NCBI GenBank assembly: GCA_965223545.1
Contig: OZ245006.1
Span: 6,304,001 to 6,368,000, forward strand
DNA length: 64,000 nucleotides
Reading direction: 5' to 3'
Source: Planctomycetota bacterium
GTDB lineage: Bacteria; Planctomycetota; UBA1135; UBA2386
Below the pieces are notes generated by a model, which saw nothing but the letters and a program-made list of their open reading frames with translations, was not told the origin of the DNA and made no database searches. The position numbers and the translations under genes were made by a program. Position 1 is the stretch's first letter, and every line of letters starts with the position of its first letter. Below, piece after piece: positions 23,192 to 35,180 of this stretch.

Positions 23192-26149
23192 ATGGTCTCG
23201 GCTCGTCCCGAGGTCGGCGAGCGACCTCAGCTGCGCAGCTTCCAGGAGCTGATGCGGCAGCGCGTGCAGCGCATCCTGTTGGTCTCGAGTCTCTACGATT
23301 CGTTCATCCTGTCCGAGGAGGGGCAGCTGCAGGAGACGCTGCTCGGGCAGTTCATCGACCTGAACCTGCTCAACGTCCCGGACTTGACCCGGGTGCCGGA
23401 CGGCGACGAGGCCATCGAGCGGCTGCAGAGCCCCGGTGAGTTCGACCTGGTCGTCTCCAGCATCAAGGCCGGCGACATGGACGCCAGCGAGCTGGCGCGG
23501 CGGCTGCAAGAGGAGGGCATCTTCGTCCCGGTCATCGTCCTGGCGTACTCGAACCGCGAGCTGGCCGACTTCCTGGCGACCGCCGACCTGCCGCGGCTGG
23601 CTGGGGTGTTCTTGTGGCAGGGAGACGCCCGCATCCTGCTGGCGATGGTCAAGCACGTCGAGGATCGGCTCAACGTCGTGCACGACTGCGGTGAGTTCGG
23701 CGTGCCGGCGGTGATCGTCGTCGAGGACAACGTCCGCTTCTACTCGTCGTTCCTGCCGGTGATCTACTCCGAGGTCTTCCGGCACATGCAGCGCCTGTTG
23801 TCGGAGGACCTCAACCTGTCGCAGAAGATGCTGCGCATGCGGGCGCGGCCCAAGGTCCTGTTGTGCCGTACTTATGAGGAGGCCTGGTCGTACTACATGC
23901 GCTACGAGGAGCACATCCTCGGCGTGATCAGCGACATCGAGTTTCCGCGCGGTGGCAAGCTCGACCGGCAGGCCGGCATCGAGTTCACTTCGCGGGTCCA
24001 CGCCGCGCACCCCGACGTGCGCATCGTGCTGCAGTCGAGTGTCATCCAGAATCAGCGTCTCGCGGAGCAAGTCGGTGCATCCTTCTTGCTCAAGGGCTCG
24101 CCGAGTCTGCTGCACCAGCTGCGGCGGATCCTGGTCGAGCGCTTCGGCTTCGGCGATTTCGTGTTCCGATTGCCAGACGGCAGCGAGGTCGACCGCGCCC
24201 ACAACCTGAAGAGTCTGGTGGAGAAGCTGGCCACCGTGCCGGCCGCCTGCATCGGCTATCACGGCGAGCGCAACCACTTCTCCAACTGGCTCAAGGCGCG
24301 CACCGAGTTCGTGTTGGCCGACCGGCTGCGGGCGCGTCGCGTCGAGGACTTCGACAGCATCGAAGACCTGCGCAGTCACTTGCTGGCCAGCATCGGCAAC
24401 TACACCAAGGCGCGCACGCGCGCAGTGGTCGCCGATTTCGAGCCGTCGCGGTTCGAGGAAGCCGGCGGGATCGCGCGGATTGGACAAGGCTCGCTCGGCG
24501 GCAAGGCGCGCGGCATCGCGTTCGCGAGCCGGATCCTGCAGCGGTCGCAAGTCGCCGAGCGATTTCCGGATGTCGACGTGTTCGTGCCGGCGTCCGTCGT
24601 GCTCGGGACGCAAGTGTTCGACGAGTTCATGGAACGCGGCGGCTTGGACGATTTCGCGTTGGAGTCGCACACCGATGCCGCGACCCTACAGCGCTTCCTG
24701 GTGCAGCCGTTTCCCGAGGAAGCGGTCGAGCATCTGCGCGCGTTCTTGGAGCGCGCGAGGTACCCACTCGCGGTGCGCTCATCGAGCCTGCTCGAGGACT
24801 CGCTGGCGCAGCCGTTTGCCGGCGTCTACCAGACCTTCATGCTGCCGAACAACCACGCCGAGCTCGAGGTGCGGCTCGCGCATCTGGTCTCGGCCGTGAA
24901 GCGGGTGTACGCCTCGATGTTCGCCACCGACGCCAAGGCCTACGTCAGCGCGACCGCCTACCGCGTCGAGGAAGAGAAGATGGCGGTGCTGATCCAGCAG
25001 CTGGTCGGCACAACGCACGGCGAGCGGTTCTATCCGGACTTCGCCGGCGTCGCCCGCTCCCACGACTTCTACCCGCGCTCACCGGCGGTGGCCGCTGACG
25101 GGGTTGCCGCCGTCGCGTTGGGCATGGGTGCGACAGTGGTCGATGGCGGCGCGTGCGTGCGCTTCTCTCCGCGCTACCCGCGGCATGCTCTGGACTACTC
25201 TTCGGTGCGCGATGGCCTGGCCAACGCGCAGCGCGAGTTCTGTGCGCTCGACCTGGACCGGTCGCCCGACGCCGGCGAGTTCGCGCAGCTGCGCACTCTG
25301 CCGCTGTCGGTCGCCGAGGAGGACGGCGTCCTGTCCTGGGTGGGTTCGACGTACGTGCCCGAAGACGATCGCATCATCGACGGCACGTCCCGGCCCGGCG
25401 TGCGGCTGGTCAGCTTCGCACGCGTGCTGAAGCACGGCGCGTTTCCGCTTGCCGAGCTGCTCGACTACTTGCTGAAGTACTGCTCTCGGGGCACCAGCGG
25501 CCCGATCGAGATCGAGTTCGCCGGCAACTTCGATCGCGACGGGCGGCGTCCCGAGCTCGCGTTCCTGCAGCTGCGCCCGCTGGCGATGTCCACCGAGGAC
25601 GAGGAGGTGGCGATCGGCGAGGTCGCGCGGCGTGACGTCTTGTGCCGCAGCCAGCAAGTGCTGGGCAACGGGCGCCTCGAAGTTCGCGACGTCGTGGTCG
25701 TCGACGCGGCGCGGTTCGAGCGTGCTCGCAGCCGCGAGGTCGCGCAGATCGTCGCCGCGTTCAACGCCAAGTTGCAGCGCGAAGAGCGGCCGTACGTGCT
25801 CATCGGCGTCGGCCGCTGGGGGTCGTCGGATCCTTACCTTGGGATCCCGGTCGGCTGGAACCAGATTGCCGGTGCCCGCGCGATCGTCGAGTCGGGCTTC
25901 GTCGATCTGTGCGTGGTCCCGTCTCAGGGCACGCACTTCTTCCAAAACCTGACGTCGTGCCAGGTCGGATACTTCACCGTCGACGCGGCCTCCGAGCAGG
26001 GCCACATCGATTGGCAGTGGTTGGCGGACCAGCCGGCGGTGGCCGAGCAAGAATGCGTGCGGCACTTGCGCACCGAGCAGCCCGTGATCGTGAAGATGGT
26101 GGGCCGCACCGGCGAGGGTGTGATCCTGAAGCCAGGCACGGAGGGTTGA
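23192..26149 (+). CDS. PEP-synthase/PPDK nucleotide-binding-domain protein with N-terminal receiver-like domains
   Basis: 'GSLGGKARG', 'PLAVRSSSLLED...FAGVY', 'EKMAVLIQ'; receiver-like 'ILLV', 'VIVVEDN', 'VISD'; no PEP-binding barrel recognised. Confidence 0.8.
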   Translation: MVSARPEVGERPQLRSFQELMRQRVQRILLVSSLYDSFILSEEGQLQETLLGQFIDLNLLNVPDLTRVPDGDEAIERLQSPGEFDLVVSSIKAGDMDASELARRLQEEGIFVPVIVLAYSNRELADFLATADLPRLAGVFLWQGDARILLAMVKHVEDRLNVVHDCGEFGVPAVIVVEDNVRFYSSFLPVIYSEVFRHMQRLLSEDLNLSQKMLRMRARPKVLLCRTYEEAWSYYMRYEEHILGVISDIEFPRGGKLDRQAGIEFTSRVHAAHPDVRIVLQSSVIQNQRLAEQVGASFLLKGSPSLLHQLRRILVERFGFGDFVFRLPDGSEVDRAHNLKSLVEKLATVPAACIGYHGERNHFSNWLKARTEFVLADRLRARRVEDFDSIEDLRSHLLASIGNYTKARTRAVVADFEPSRFEEAGGIARIGQGSLGGKARGIAFASRILQRSQVAERFPDVDVFVPASVVLGTQVFDEFMERGGLDDFALESHTDAATLQRFLVQPFPEEAVEHLRAFLERARYPLAVRSSSLLEDSLAQPFAGVYQTFMLPNNHAELEVRLAHLVSAVKRVYASMFATDAKAYVSATAYRVEEEKMAVLIQQLVGTTHGERFYPDFAGVARSHDFYPRSPAVAADGVAAVALGMGATVVDGGACVRFSPRYPRHALDYSSVRDGLANAQREFCALDLDRSPDAGEFAQLRTLPLSVAEEDGVLSWVGSTYVPEDDRIIDGTSRPGVRLVSFARVLKHGAFPLAELLDYLLKYCSRGTSGPIEIEFAGNFDRDGRRPELAFLQLRPLAMSTEDEEVAIGEVARRDVLCRSQQVLGNGRLEVRDVVVVDAARFERARSREVAQIVAAFNAKLQREERPYVLIGVGRWGSSDPYLGIPVGWNQIAGARAIVESGFVDLCVVPSQGTHFFQNLTSCQVGYFTVDAASEQGHIDWQWLADQPAVAEQECVRHLRTEQPVIVKMVGRTGEGVILKPGTEG

Positions 26150-26562
26150 CTACTGCTGTGGCTTCGGCCAGCGCAGGTCGTCGGTAGTGTCGAACTCGCC
26201 GTCGGGACCGGCGCTGGCGACTGCCGCGTGTCCGCCGAGGCCCTGCCGTTCGACCAGGAGACGCAGCGCGGTCTGCCACGGATCGAGCACTGTCGCGCCG
26301 CCGGGGAGCGGTTGCCATGAGCGCTGGTCGGTCGGGCTACCGAGCATGACGTCGAGCACCGCGCGCCGGTCGAGGGATTCCCAGGTGTCGGTGACGAGCG
26401 TCTGGCCGCGCCGCAGCATGGCACGCGGGCTCCGATCGGTGTCGGCGGTGTGCGCCGGCCCGGGTCGGGGCGGCGCGGACTCGCCGCAGCCGATGCCCAC
26501 GGCCGCAGCGGCGATGGCGAGTGCCACAGCGCGTGGCCGGCCGGAGAGGAGGGAGTCCGAGG

Positions 26563-26566
<4 letters not shown>
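26150..26566 (-). CDS. Putative lipoprotein with GspG-like C-terminal motif
   Basis: Lipobox-like 'AVGIGC'; 'LDPWQ...[14 protein letters not shown]'; overlaps fumarase stop by 4 nt. Confidence 0.6.
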
Positions 26567-28176
<1,610 letters not shown>

Positions 28177-28240
28177 GCGCGCACGGTAGCCTTCCGGCGG
28201 CGGGTTGCGAGGACCCGGTCCGCGGCGGTGGGCGGGCGGC

Positions 28241-28272
28241 GCGAAGCGAGAAAATCGAGCCTGACTCCGTAC
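28241..28272 (+). promoter_or_regulatory. 32-bp motif duplicated (inverted) at 43823-43854
   Basis: GCGAAGCGAGAAAATCGAGC-ct-GACTCCGTAC; 30/32 identical to the reverse complement of 43823-43854; function unknown. Confidence 0.55.
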
Positions 28273-28353
28273 GGGCTGTTGCACGGGTGGGTGGTGTGGT
28301 GGGGATGTCTCAAGCGGGGGTGTCGGCGGGCGACGATGACGTAAGGGGTAGAG

Positions 28354-28908
28354 ATGTACGGGTTGGTGAACCGAGCGATCCGGGAGCTGGTGACGGCGCG
28401 GTATGGCGTCGAGCGGTGGCGCGCGTCGGCGGCGCGCGCGGGCGTTCCCGGCGAGTTTCGCCTGACCCAGATCTGCCCGGACGAGTGGACCCTCTCGCTG
28501 GTGGATGCGGTCGCGGTGGAGACCGCGCAGTCGCCCCAGGACGTGTGGAACGTGCTCGGGCGCTACTGGCTCGAGCACGCGGCGCGCTCCGGTTTCGGCG
28601 GGTTGGTGGATGCCGCGGGGAGCACGTTCGGCGCCGTGCTCGCCAATCTGGACCAGCTGCACAGCCGGATCGGCGTCTCGATGCCCGAGGTTCGGCCGCC
28701 GTCGTTCCGCGTCGAGCAGGTCGAAGACTCGGTGTTCCGCGTGCGCTACCGGAGCCACCGCGATGGTCTGCAGCCGATGGCGATCGGGCTGCTGCGCGGG
28801 CTGGCCGCCCGGTTCGGGATGCAGGCCGAGGTCACGGTCGATGTCTCGGCGCGCGTGGGCCGCGACGTGGTGCTGGTCGTGCGTTTGCGCGAGGTCGCGT
28901 GCCGATGA
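28354..28908 (+). CDS. H-NOX heme NO-binding protein
   Basis: 'MYGLVN', proximal His in 'LDQLH', 'PPSF', YxSxR heme motif 'YRSHR'. Confidence 0.9.
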   Translation: MYGLVNRAIRELVTARYGVERWRASAARAGVPGEFRLTQICPDEWTLSLVDAVAVETAQSPQDVWNVLGRYWLEHAARSGFGGLVDAAGSTFGAVLANLDQLHSRIGVSMPEVRPPSFRVEQVEDSVFRVRYRSHRDGLQPMAIGLLRGLAARFGMQAEVTVDVSARVGRDVVLVVRLREVACR

Positions 28909-30563
28909 CGGCTCCGGATCTGCGGTTGTCGACCGAATCGTTCTGTACGGCGTTTCCGTTCCACGTCGTTCTCGATGAGGAGCTGACGTTCGTCCAGATC
29001 GGCACCGCGCTGCGGCGCGTGTGCGAAGACCTCGCGTTGGGTGGCCAGTGGAGCGAGGCGTTCGACGTGTTGAAGCCGAGCTGCGTCGAACTCGACTTCG
29101 ATGGTCTGAAGCACCAGGCGAGCACGGTCTTCTTGGTCCGGCATCGCCATACGGGTCTCGACTTGCGCGGCGCGTTCGTCGCCGAGGCCGATCCCGCGCT
29201 CCTGTTCTTCCTCGCCAGTCCCTGGGTCGTCGACGTCGGTCAGCTGCCGCGCTTTGGCCTGAGCATCGTCGACTATCCGCCCCACGATGCCTCGGCGGAC
29301 TTCCTCTTCATGGTGCGGGCGCGCGAGTCGGCGATCCAGGACGCGCGGCAGCTGGCGAGCGAGCTGCGCCGCCGCACCGACCAACACCTCGAGGCCGTGC
29401 GGACGGCGGAGTCGGCCAGCGCGGCCAAGAGCCAGTTCTTGGCCAACGTTAGCCACGAGCTGAGGACTCCGATGAATGGCATCCTCGGCATGGCCGAGCT
29501 CCTGTGCCACTCGGAGTTGGCGCCGTCGCAGCGCGAATGCGCGGACACGATCCATCAGTCGGCGAACACCTTGCTGCGGCTGATTGGCGAACTCCTCGAC
29601 TTGGCCAAGCTCGACGGCGGCGAACTCGATCTCGTCGATGGCGTCCTCGATGTGCGCGCGCTGGTGCGGCAGGTGATCTCCGACTGCGAGCAGGAGCGGC
29701 CGCGGTCGCGCGTCGCCGTCGGCTACCAGGTCGATCACGACGTGCCGGCGCACGTGCGCGGCGACGTCGACCGGCTGCGGCAGGTGCTGCTCAACCTGTT
29801 GGACAACGCGCTCAGATTCACGATCGAGGGGCACATCGTCGTGCAGGTGCGGCGGGTCGTGCGCGACGGCGACGCCGAGTGGTTGGAGTTCGAGGTGCAG
29901 GACACCGGCGTCGGCATCGACCAGGAAGACTTGGGCAGCATCTTCGCCCCGTTCTTCCAGGTGGATGGCTCGCGCACTCGCCGGCGCGGTGGTGCTGGCC
30001 TGGGACTGTGTGTCAGCCAGCGCTTGGTGCAGCTGATGGACGGCGACATCGACGTGGAGAGCGCGCTGCGCGTCGGTTCGCGCTTCTGGTTCCGCGTCCC
30101 GCTGCGGGCTGCATCCGACTATCTCCCGCCGTCCGCCAGCGAGCCGAGCGGCGAGCGGTTGCTGCGTGGGCGGGTGCTGCTGGTCGAGGACAACGCGGTG
30201 AATCAGCTGGTCATCAAGCGGATGTTGATCAAGCTCGGCTGCGACGTCGAGGTGGCCGACCACGGTGCCGATGCGTTCGATCGAGTGCAGCGGGAGGCGT
30301 TCGACCTGGTGCTGATGGATCTGCAGATGCCGGTGATGGACGGGCTCGAGGCCACGCGGCGGATCCGCGGGCTCGGCGGGCCTGCCGGTGAAGTTCCGAT
30401 CGTCGCGGTCACCGCCAACGCGCTGCGGCGCGACCGGGATGCCTGCATCGAGGCCGGGGCGCAGGGCTATCTCACCAAGCCGTGTCGGATGAAGATGCTC
30501 GAGGACGTCCTGCTGCGCTTCCTGCCGAGTAGTGCCGTGGACCCGTGGCTGGTCGCGGACTGA
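28905..30563 (+). CDS. Hybrid histidine kinase with HNOBA/PAS-like input and receiver domain
   Basis: '[12 protein letters not shown]' HNOBA-like; H-box '[10 protein letters not shown]'; N, G1, F and G2 boxes; receiver '[10 protein letters not shown]'. Confidence 0.9.
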   Translation: MTAPDLRLSTESFCTAFPFHVVLDEELTFVQIGTALRRVCEDLALGGQWSEAFDVLKPSCVELDFDGLKHQASTVFLVRHRHTGLDLRGAFVAEADPALLFFLASPWVVDVGQLPRFGLSIVDYPPHDASADFLFMVRARESAIQDARQLASELRRRTDQHLEAVRTAESASAAKSQFLANVSHELRTPMNGILGMAELLCHSELAPSQRECADTIHQSANTLLRLIGELLDLAKLDGGELDLVDGVLDVRALVRQVISDCEQERPRSRVAVGYQVDHDVPAHVRGDVDRLRQVLLNLLDNALRFTIEGHIVVQVRRVVRDGDAEWLEFEVQDTGVGIDQEDLGSIFAPFFQVDGSRTRRRGGAGLGLCVSQRLVQLMDGDIDVESALRVGSRFWFRVPLRAASDYLPPSASEPSGERLLRGRVLLVEDNAVNQLVIKRMLIKLGCDVEVADHGADAFDRVQREAFDLVLMDLQMPVMDGLEATRRIRGLGGPAGEVPIVAVTANALRRDRDACIEAGAQGYLTKPCRMKMLEDVLLRFLPSSAVDPWLVAD

Positions 30564-32064
30564 TCGCCGCGGGCGCGCGGCCCGCCAGCTGACTGGTCAG
30601 CGACGCGCCGCCGATCCACAGCAAGCCGAAGGCGAACAGGGCGTGGAAGCCGGCGGTCGCCGGCATTGCCAAGTGGATCGACAGGGCGCTGGTGGTCAGA
30701 GCCCAAAGGCCGAGTCCTATCTCCAGCCACGGCAGCAGGCCGCGAGGCCGCGCCTCGGCCGGGGGGGGCGGCGCCTGGGCGCCGCGCAGATCGTGCTTGG
30801 GCGTCCGTTCGAACGATCCGGTGCGACGGCGCATTCCACCGAGCACCGCGGCGGTGTTGTTGACGCACAGGCCGGCACCGACGGCGAGGATCAGTGGAGC
30901 CCGCATCAGCCCGCCGAGGCCGCGCCGCAAGCGGCGCTGGGCGAGTCCGTAGTAGGCGAGCACGCAGGCAGTGGACAGCAGCATCGGGATGCTCTCCACC
31001 GCGATCAGCCATGCCGGCGGCAGCGCTTCGGTGACCACCCGCAGCCACTGCAGTGGCAGGGCGATCAAGATCAGCAACAGCAGTAGTGGGAACGCTGCGT
31101 TGCCGAGCAGGTGAAACACTGCCTCCAGCAGCACCAAGGGGCGGCGGACGGTGCGCAGAATCCGTGGCAGCAGCTTGCGCGCGGTCTGGATCGATCCCTT
31201 CGCCCAGCGGTGTTGCTGGTGCAAGAACGCGTTGACCTCGATCGGCAGCTCCGCTGGGCAAGCCAACTCCGGGCGGTAGACGAACCGCCAGCCCGCCAGC
31301 TGGGCGCGGTAGGACAGGTCCATGTCCTCGGTCAGCGTGTCGCCCTGCCAGCCGCCGGCCTGCTCGATGCACGCGCGGCGAAACACGCCGGCGGTGCCGT
31401 TGAAGTTGAAGAAGCAGCCGGCCCGCGCCCGCGCGATGTGCTCGACTGCGAAGTGGCCGTCGAGTAGCAGCGCCTGCATCTGAGTCAGCAGGCTGTAGTC
31501 GGGGTTCAGGTGCTCCCAGCGCGCCTGCACCATGCCGACGTCGGCGGCGTCGAAGTGCGCGACGATGCGGCGCAGGAAGCCGGGTTCCGGCGTAAAGTCG
31601 GCGTCGAACATCGCCACCAGCTCGCTGCTCGACGAGCGCAAGCCCGCGGCCAGTGCGCCGGCCTTGAAATGGGTTCGCTCGGTGCGGCGCAGATGCTCGA
31701 CGTCGAGGCCAGCCGGCGCGCGGCGCACGCGGTCGGCAATCACCGACGAGGTCGCGTCATCGGAGTCGTCCAGGATCTGGATCTGCAGGCACTGCCGCGG
31801 GTAGTCCAGCGCGAATACTGCGTCCAGGAGTCGGCCGGCGACGCGCGGCTCGTTGTAGATCGGCAGCTGCACCGTGACCCGCGGCAGCGTGCTCGGTGCC
31901 TGGGCTTGGGGCTCGGCGGGACCCGGTTCGGACCGCGTGCCGGTCCGGTGCCCGCCGACCAACACGCTGAGCAGTGCCATCCACCCGCGGTGCAGGCCGA
32001 GCAGCGCCAGCGAGGTGAGGACCGCGAGCTGGGTCCATGTCAGGATCTGTTCGAGCAGCGGCAT
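30472..32064 (-). CDS. Processive glycosyltransferase family 2 (cellulose-synthase-like/CslA-like)
   Basis: 'QLPIYNE', 'KAGAL', 'FDADF', 'TED', QxxRW ('QQHRW'), C-terminal TMs. Confidence 0.9.
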   Translation of the reverse strand: MPLLEQILTWTQLAVLTSLALLGLHRGWMALLSVLVGGHRTGTRSEPGPAEPQAQAPSTLPRVTVQLPIYNEPRVAGRLLDAVFALDYPRQCLQIQILDDSDDATSSVIADRVRRAPAGLDVEHLRRTERTHFKAGALAAGLRSSSSELVAMFDADFTPEPGFLRRIVAHFDAADVGMVQARWEHLNPDYSLLTQMQALLLDGHFAVEHIARARAGCFFNFNGTAGVFRRACIEQAGGWQGDTLTEDMDLSYRAQLAGWRFVYRPELACPAELPIEVNAFLHQQHRWAKGSIQTARKLLPRILRTVRRPLVLLEAVFHLLGNAAFPLLLLLILIALPLQWLRVVTEALPPAWLIAVESIPMLLSTACVLAYYGLAQRRLRRGLGGLMRAPLILAVGAGLCVNNTAAVLGGMRRRTGSFERTPKHDLRGAQAPPPPAEARPRGLLPWLEIGLGLWALTTSALSIHLAMPATAGFHALFAFGLLWIGGASLTSQLAGRAPAAISPRPATGPRHYSAGSAAGRPRASSSDTAW

Positions 32065-32101
32065 GGTGGGGGCGGCGAGCAAGGCTATAAGAGCAGATGT
32101 C

Positions 32102-33145
32102 TTGCAGGTCTCCGAGTTCGACTTCGAGTTGCCGCCCGACTTGATCGCGAAGGCACCGGCCGAACCGCGGGACGCCGCGCGGCTGCTGGTCTACGACCGG
32201 AAACGCGGCGAGATCCGTCACTCTCGGGTTGGCGCGCTCCCCGAGCTGCTGCGCGCCGGCGACCTGCTGGTGGTCAACGACACGCGCGTCATGGCGCACC
32301 GGTTCGTCGGTCGGCGGGCTACCGGTGGCCGGGTCGAATGCCTGTTGCTCGAACGCGATGGCGCCCGTGGCCGGGGGTTTCTGAAACCGGCGGCCAAGCT
32401 CGGACTGGGCGAGTCGATCGAGCTGGAGGGCGGCGCGTTGGTGCTGCGGCCGGAGCGCGCCCTGGGCGGCGGTCGGTTCGAGTTCGAGCTGCAACCGGCG
32501 GGCGCGGAGCCGCTCGATCAGTGCATCGACCGGGTCGGTCGGGCGCCGCTGCCGCCCTACCTGCGTCGCGACGCGGCGACCGAGGACGTGGCGGCCGATC
32601 GGCGGCGCTATCAGACCGTCTTCGCGGCCGAGCCCGGGGCGGTGGCGGCGCCCACGGCGGGATTGCACTTCACCGAGGGCCTGCTCGATCGCTGTGCCGC
32701 GCGCGGCATCGAGCTGGCGCGGGTCACCCTGCACGTCGGCGAAGGGACGTTCGCCCCAGTGCGCTGCGAGCGCGTCGACCAGCATCGTATGCACGCCGAG
32801 ACCTATCGGCTCGGCGAGGCGGCCGCCGATGCCGTGGCGGCGTGCCGGCGCCGCGGTGGTCGAGTGGTCGCGGTCGGTAGCACCGCGACGCGCACCTTGG
32901 AGACCTGTGCGGCGGACGGCGGAGCCGTGCGTCCCGGCAGCGGTGCGTCCGACTTGTTCCTCGTGCCCGGCAGTCGTTTTCGCGTGGTCGACGTGATGCT
33001 GACCAACTTCCACCTGCCGCGGTCGACCTTGTTGATGCTGGTCGCGGCGTTCATCGGCGTCGACGCCATGCGCCGGCTCTACCGCGCGGCGATCGACGAC
33101 CGTTATCGCTTCTACTCGTTCGGCGACGCCTGCTTGCTGTTGTAG
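32102..33145 (+). CDS. queA: S-adenosylmethionine:tRNA ribosyltransferase-isomerase
   Basis: 'FDFELP', 'PLPPY', 'AAPTAGLHF', 'TNFHLPRSTL', 'YRFYSFGDA'. Confidence 0.95.
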   Translation: MQVSEFDFELPPDLIAKAPAEPRDAARLLVYDRKRGEIRHSRVGALPELLRAGDLLVVNDTRVMAHRFVGRRATGGRVECLLLERDGARGRGFLKPAAKLGLGESIELEGGALVLRPERALGGGRFEFELQPAGAEPLDQCIDRVGRAPLPPYLRRDAATEDVAADRRRYQTVFAAEPGAVAAPTAGLHFTEGLLDRCAARGIELARVTLHVGEGTFAPVRCERVDQHRMHAETYRLGEAAADAVAACRRRGGRVVAVGSTATRTLETCAADGGAVRPGSGASDLFLVPGSRFRVVDVMLTNFHLPRSTLLMLVAAFIGVDAMRRLYRAAIDDRYRFYSFGDACLLL

Positions 33146-33789
33146 GGCGGATCGAGATCGGTCGTGGCGCCGTCGAGTGCCTGGCGCAGGGCGGCCACCG
33201 CAGCACCGGGATCGTCGGCAGCGAGGACGAAGCTCGAGACCGCGATGCGCCGGCACCCGACGCGAGCGAGCGGTGCCACCCGCGCCGGGATGATGCCGCC
33301 AATGCCGAACACCGGCAGCGGCGTCGCCCGCACCGCTTCCGCGATGGCGGCCGGGTCTTGTCCGCGCGCGTACCCCTTGGTCGCGGTCGGGTAGCACGGT
33401 CCGAAGCCGAGGTAGTCGGCCCCCGCCGCGGTGGCGGCGCGGGCCTGCTCGGCGTCGTGCGTGCTCACCCCCAACCAGCGTCCGGGGCCGAGCAGCCGGC
33501 GGGCGACGGCCGGAGTTGCGTCTCCTTGGCCAACGTGGGCCCCCGCTGCGTCGATGCGCGCCGCCAGCGAGGGGTCGTCGTTGACGATGAGGGGAGTGTG
33601 GTGCGCCTTGCAGACGCCGGCGCACCGCGTGCCGTCCGCTTCGGTGAGGCGCGGGTCCGCCGCGGGCCGCCACTGCACCAGATCGACCCCGGCTTCGAGC
33701 GCGCCTTGCAGCACGGCCCAAGGGTCGCCCCGGCACAGGGCGGGAGTGAACAACAGGTACAGCCGGCAGTCGTCGAGTTCACGCTTCAT
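33112..33789 (-). CDS. thiE: Thiamine-phosphate synthase
   Basis: 'LIVNDD', 'HVGQGD', 'GVSTH', 'PTATK', 'IGGI'. Confidence 0.9.
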   Translation of the reverse strand: MKRELDDCRLYLLFTPALCRGDPWAVLQGALEAGVDLVQWRPAADPRLTEADGTRCAGVCKAHHTPLIVNDDPSLAARIDAAGAHVGQGDATPAVARRLLGPGRWLGVSTHDAEQARAATAAGADYLGFGPCYPTATKGYARGQDPAAIAEAVRATPLPVFGIGGIIPARVAPLARVGCRRIAVSSFVLAADDPGAAVAALRQALDGATTDLDPPYNSKQASPNE

Positions 33790-33824
33790 TCGCGATGTGG
33801 CCCAGCGTACCGTCCTCGGCGTCG

Positions 33825-34349
33825 ATGTTCGCCGACTCGCTGTGGTTCAACGGTGTCGCGTTCGTCCTCGGTCAGATCGCGGCCTGGGGCTACCTGCGCA
33901 CCGGCAGGGTGGCGCGCGGTGCGGCGCTCATGGTGGGCGGCTGGGTGCTGGCCGACGTCGCCCTGCTGGCGCGCTTCGCTTACGACCATCAGGGCGGCGT
34001 CTATCTGTGCGCGCTGCTCGGCATGCAGGTGTACTCGTTGGTCGAGTTCACCCTGTTCGTCGTACGGCGGTGGCTGCGGCGCCGGCCGGCGGCGCGCGAT
34101 CGGCGCGCCTCTCTCTACCGACAGGCGGTGACCCACTACGTGCGCAACGAGCTCGACCAGGCCGAGCAGCTGCAGCGCCAGCTGATGCGCGCCGACCCGT
34201 GGGACGTCGACGTCGCGGTCGCGCTCGGCTGTCTGCTCGTGCGGCGCGGGGAGCCGCGCCGTGCGCGGCGGACGCTGCGCGCGGCGAGCGCGCTGGATCG
34301 GGACGCGCGCTACGTGGATGTCATCCGCGAAGAACTCGCGCGCGTGTAG
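33825..34349 (+). CDS. Membrane protein with C-terminal TPR-like motif
   Basis: Three hydrophobic helices followed by a TPR-like helix pair. Confidence 0.6.
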   Translation: MFADSLWFNGVAFVLGQIAAWGYLRTGRVARGAALMVGGWVLADVALLARFAYDHQGGVYLCALLGMQVYSLVEFTLFVVRRWLRRRPAARDRRASLYRQAVTHYVRNELDQAEQLQRQLMRADPWDVDVAVALGCLLVRRGEPRRARRTLRAASALDRDARYVDVIREELARV

Positions 34350-34519
34350 CACGGCGGTCCGCAGCGCCTAGGACGTATGGAGGCCAGGAGGCGCTCGAGT
34401 TGGGCGCGGACCGGGTGTTCGCGTTGGGTGCCATCTGCGCGATTCAGATCAGTGGAGACCCTTCCGCGTCCCGGGCCGGCGAAACCGCAGGATCTCCCGC
34501 GCGCGTTTCGGTCTCCTGG

Positions 34520-35116
34520 CTACGCTCCCGCTCCCCATGAGTTTTCGCTGGCTGGATTCGCGTTTCGGAGCACGGCGCCCAGCTTGAGTATGGCCCGGTT
34601 GTGCAGATGGGTGACTGCGGTGACCGAGCGGCTCATGCGCCGCGCCACCTCCTTTAGCGCGAGCCCCTCGAAATCGCGTAGGTCGATGATGCGCTGATAG
34701 TCCTCGGGCAAGGTCTCCAGGGCCTCGAACAGGAGGTGCAGCCGCTCTTGCTGCGAGGCCTTCTGCGCCGGGCCCAAGGCGTCGCCGTCTTCTACTTGAC
34801 CCGCCGAAAAGCTGGACGCGCAGGACTCCACCCGCTCCAGTCGAGGGCGCCTTGCTGTGTCGATGATCAGCCAGCGTGCCCGCTGAGTGGCCAACCGGAG
34901 GAAGTGATCGGGGTCTCGCACGTCCACTCTTGCACTGTCGGCGAGGAGCCGGGCAGAGACCTCATGCAGGAAGTCCGACGATTCTGCCGTGTGGCGATTC
35001 CGTGGCCCCAGCATCCATCGGATGCGGCACAGCAGTCGCTCCTGGTGAGTCTCCAGGAGCCTGCGGATCCGTGCCGCCCTGATTGCGCTGGATCGAAATT
35101 GAGAGGGATCGGGCAT
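34520..35116 (-). CDS. ECF sigma-70 factor (kinase-associated type)
   Basis: Sigma2 'ESSDFLHE', sigma4 'LPEDYQRIIDLRDFEGLALKEVARRM'. Confidence 0.85.
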   Translation of the reverse strand: MPDPSQFRSSAIRAARIRRLLETHQERLLCRIRWMLGPRNRHTAESSDFLHEVSARLLADSARVDVRDPDHFLRLATQRARWLIIDTARRPRLERVESCASSFSAGQVEDGDALGPAQKASQQERLHLLFEALETLPEDYQRIIDLRDFEGLALKEVARRMSRSVTAVTHLHNRAILKLGAVLRNANPASENSWGAGA

Positions 35117-35180
35117 TCAGCTCGGAGAGGTGGTGTCCAAATCCTAGCAGAAGCCTCGAGAGACCGCCCCCGCCGAGGAC

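Noticed and set aside
22361..23439. Repeat-containing ORFs across the 195-bp array (and 6532-7339)
   Set aside because: Frames stay open because the unit is a multiple of 3 and GC-rich; no protein motifs; conservation follows base pairing
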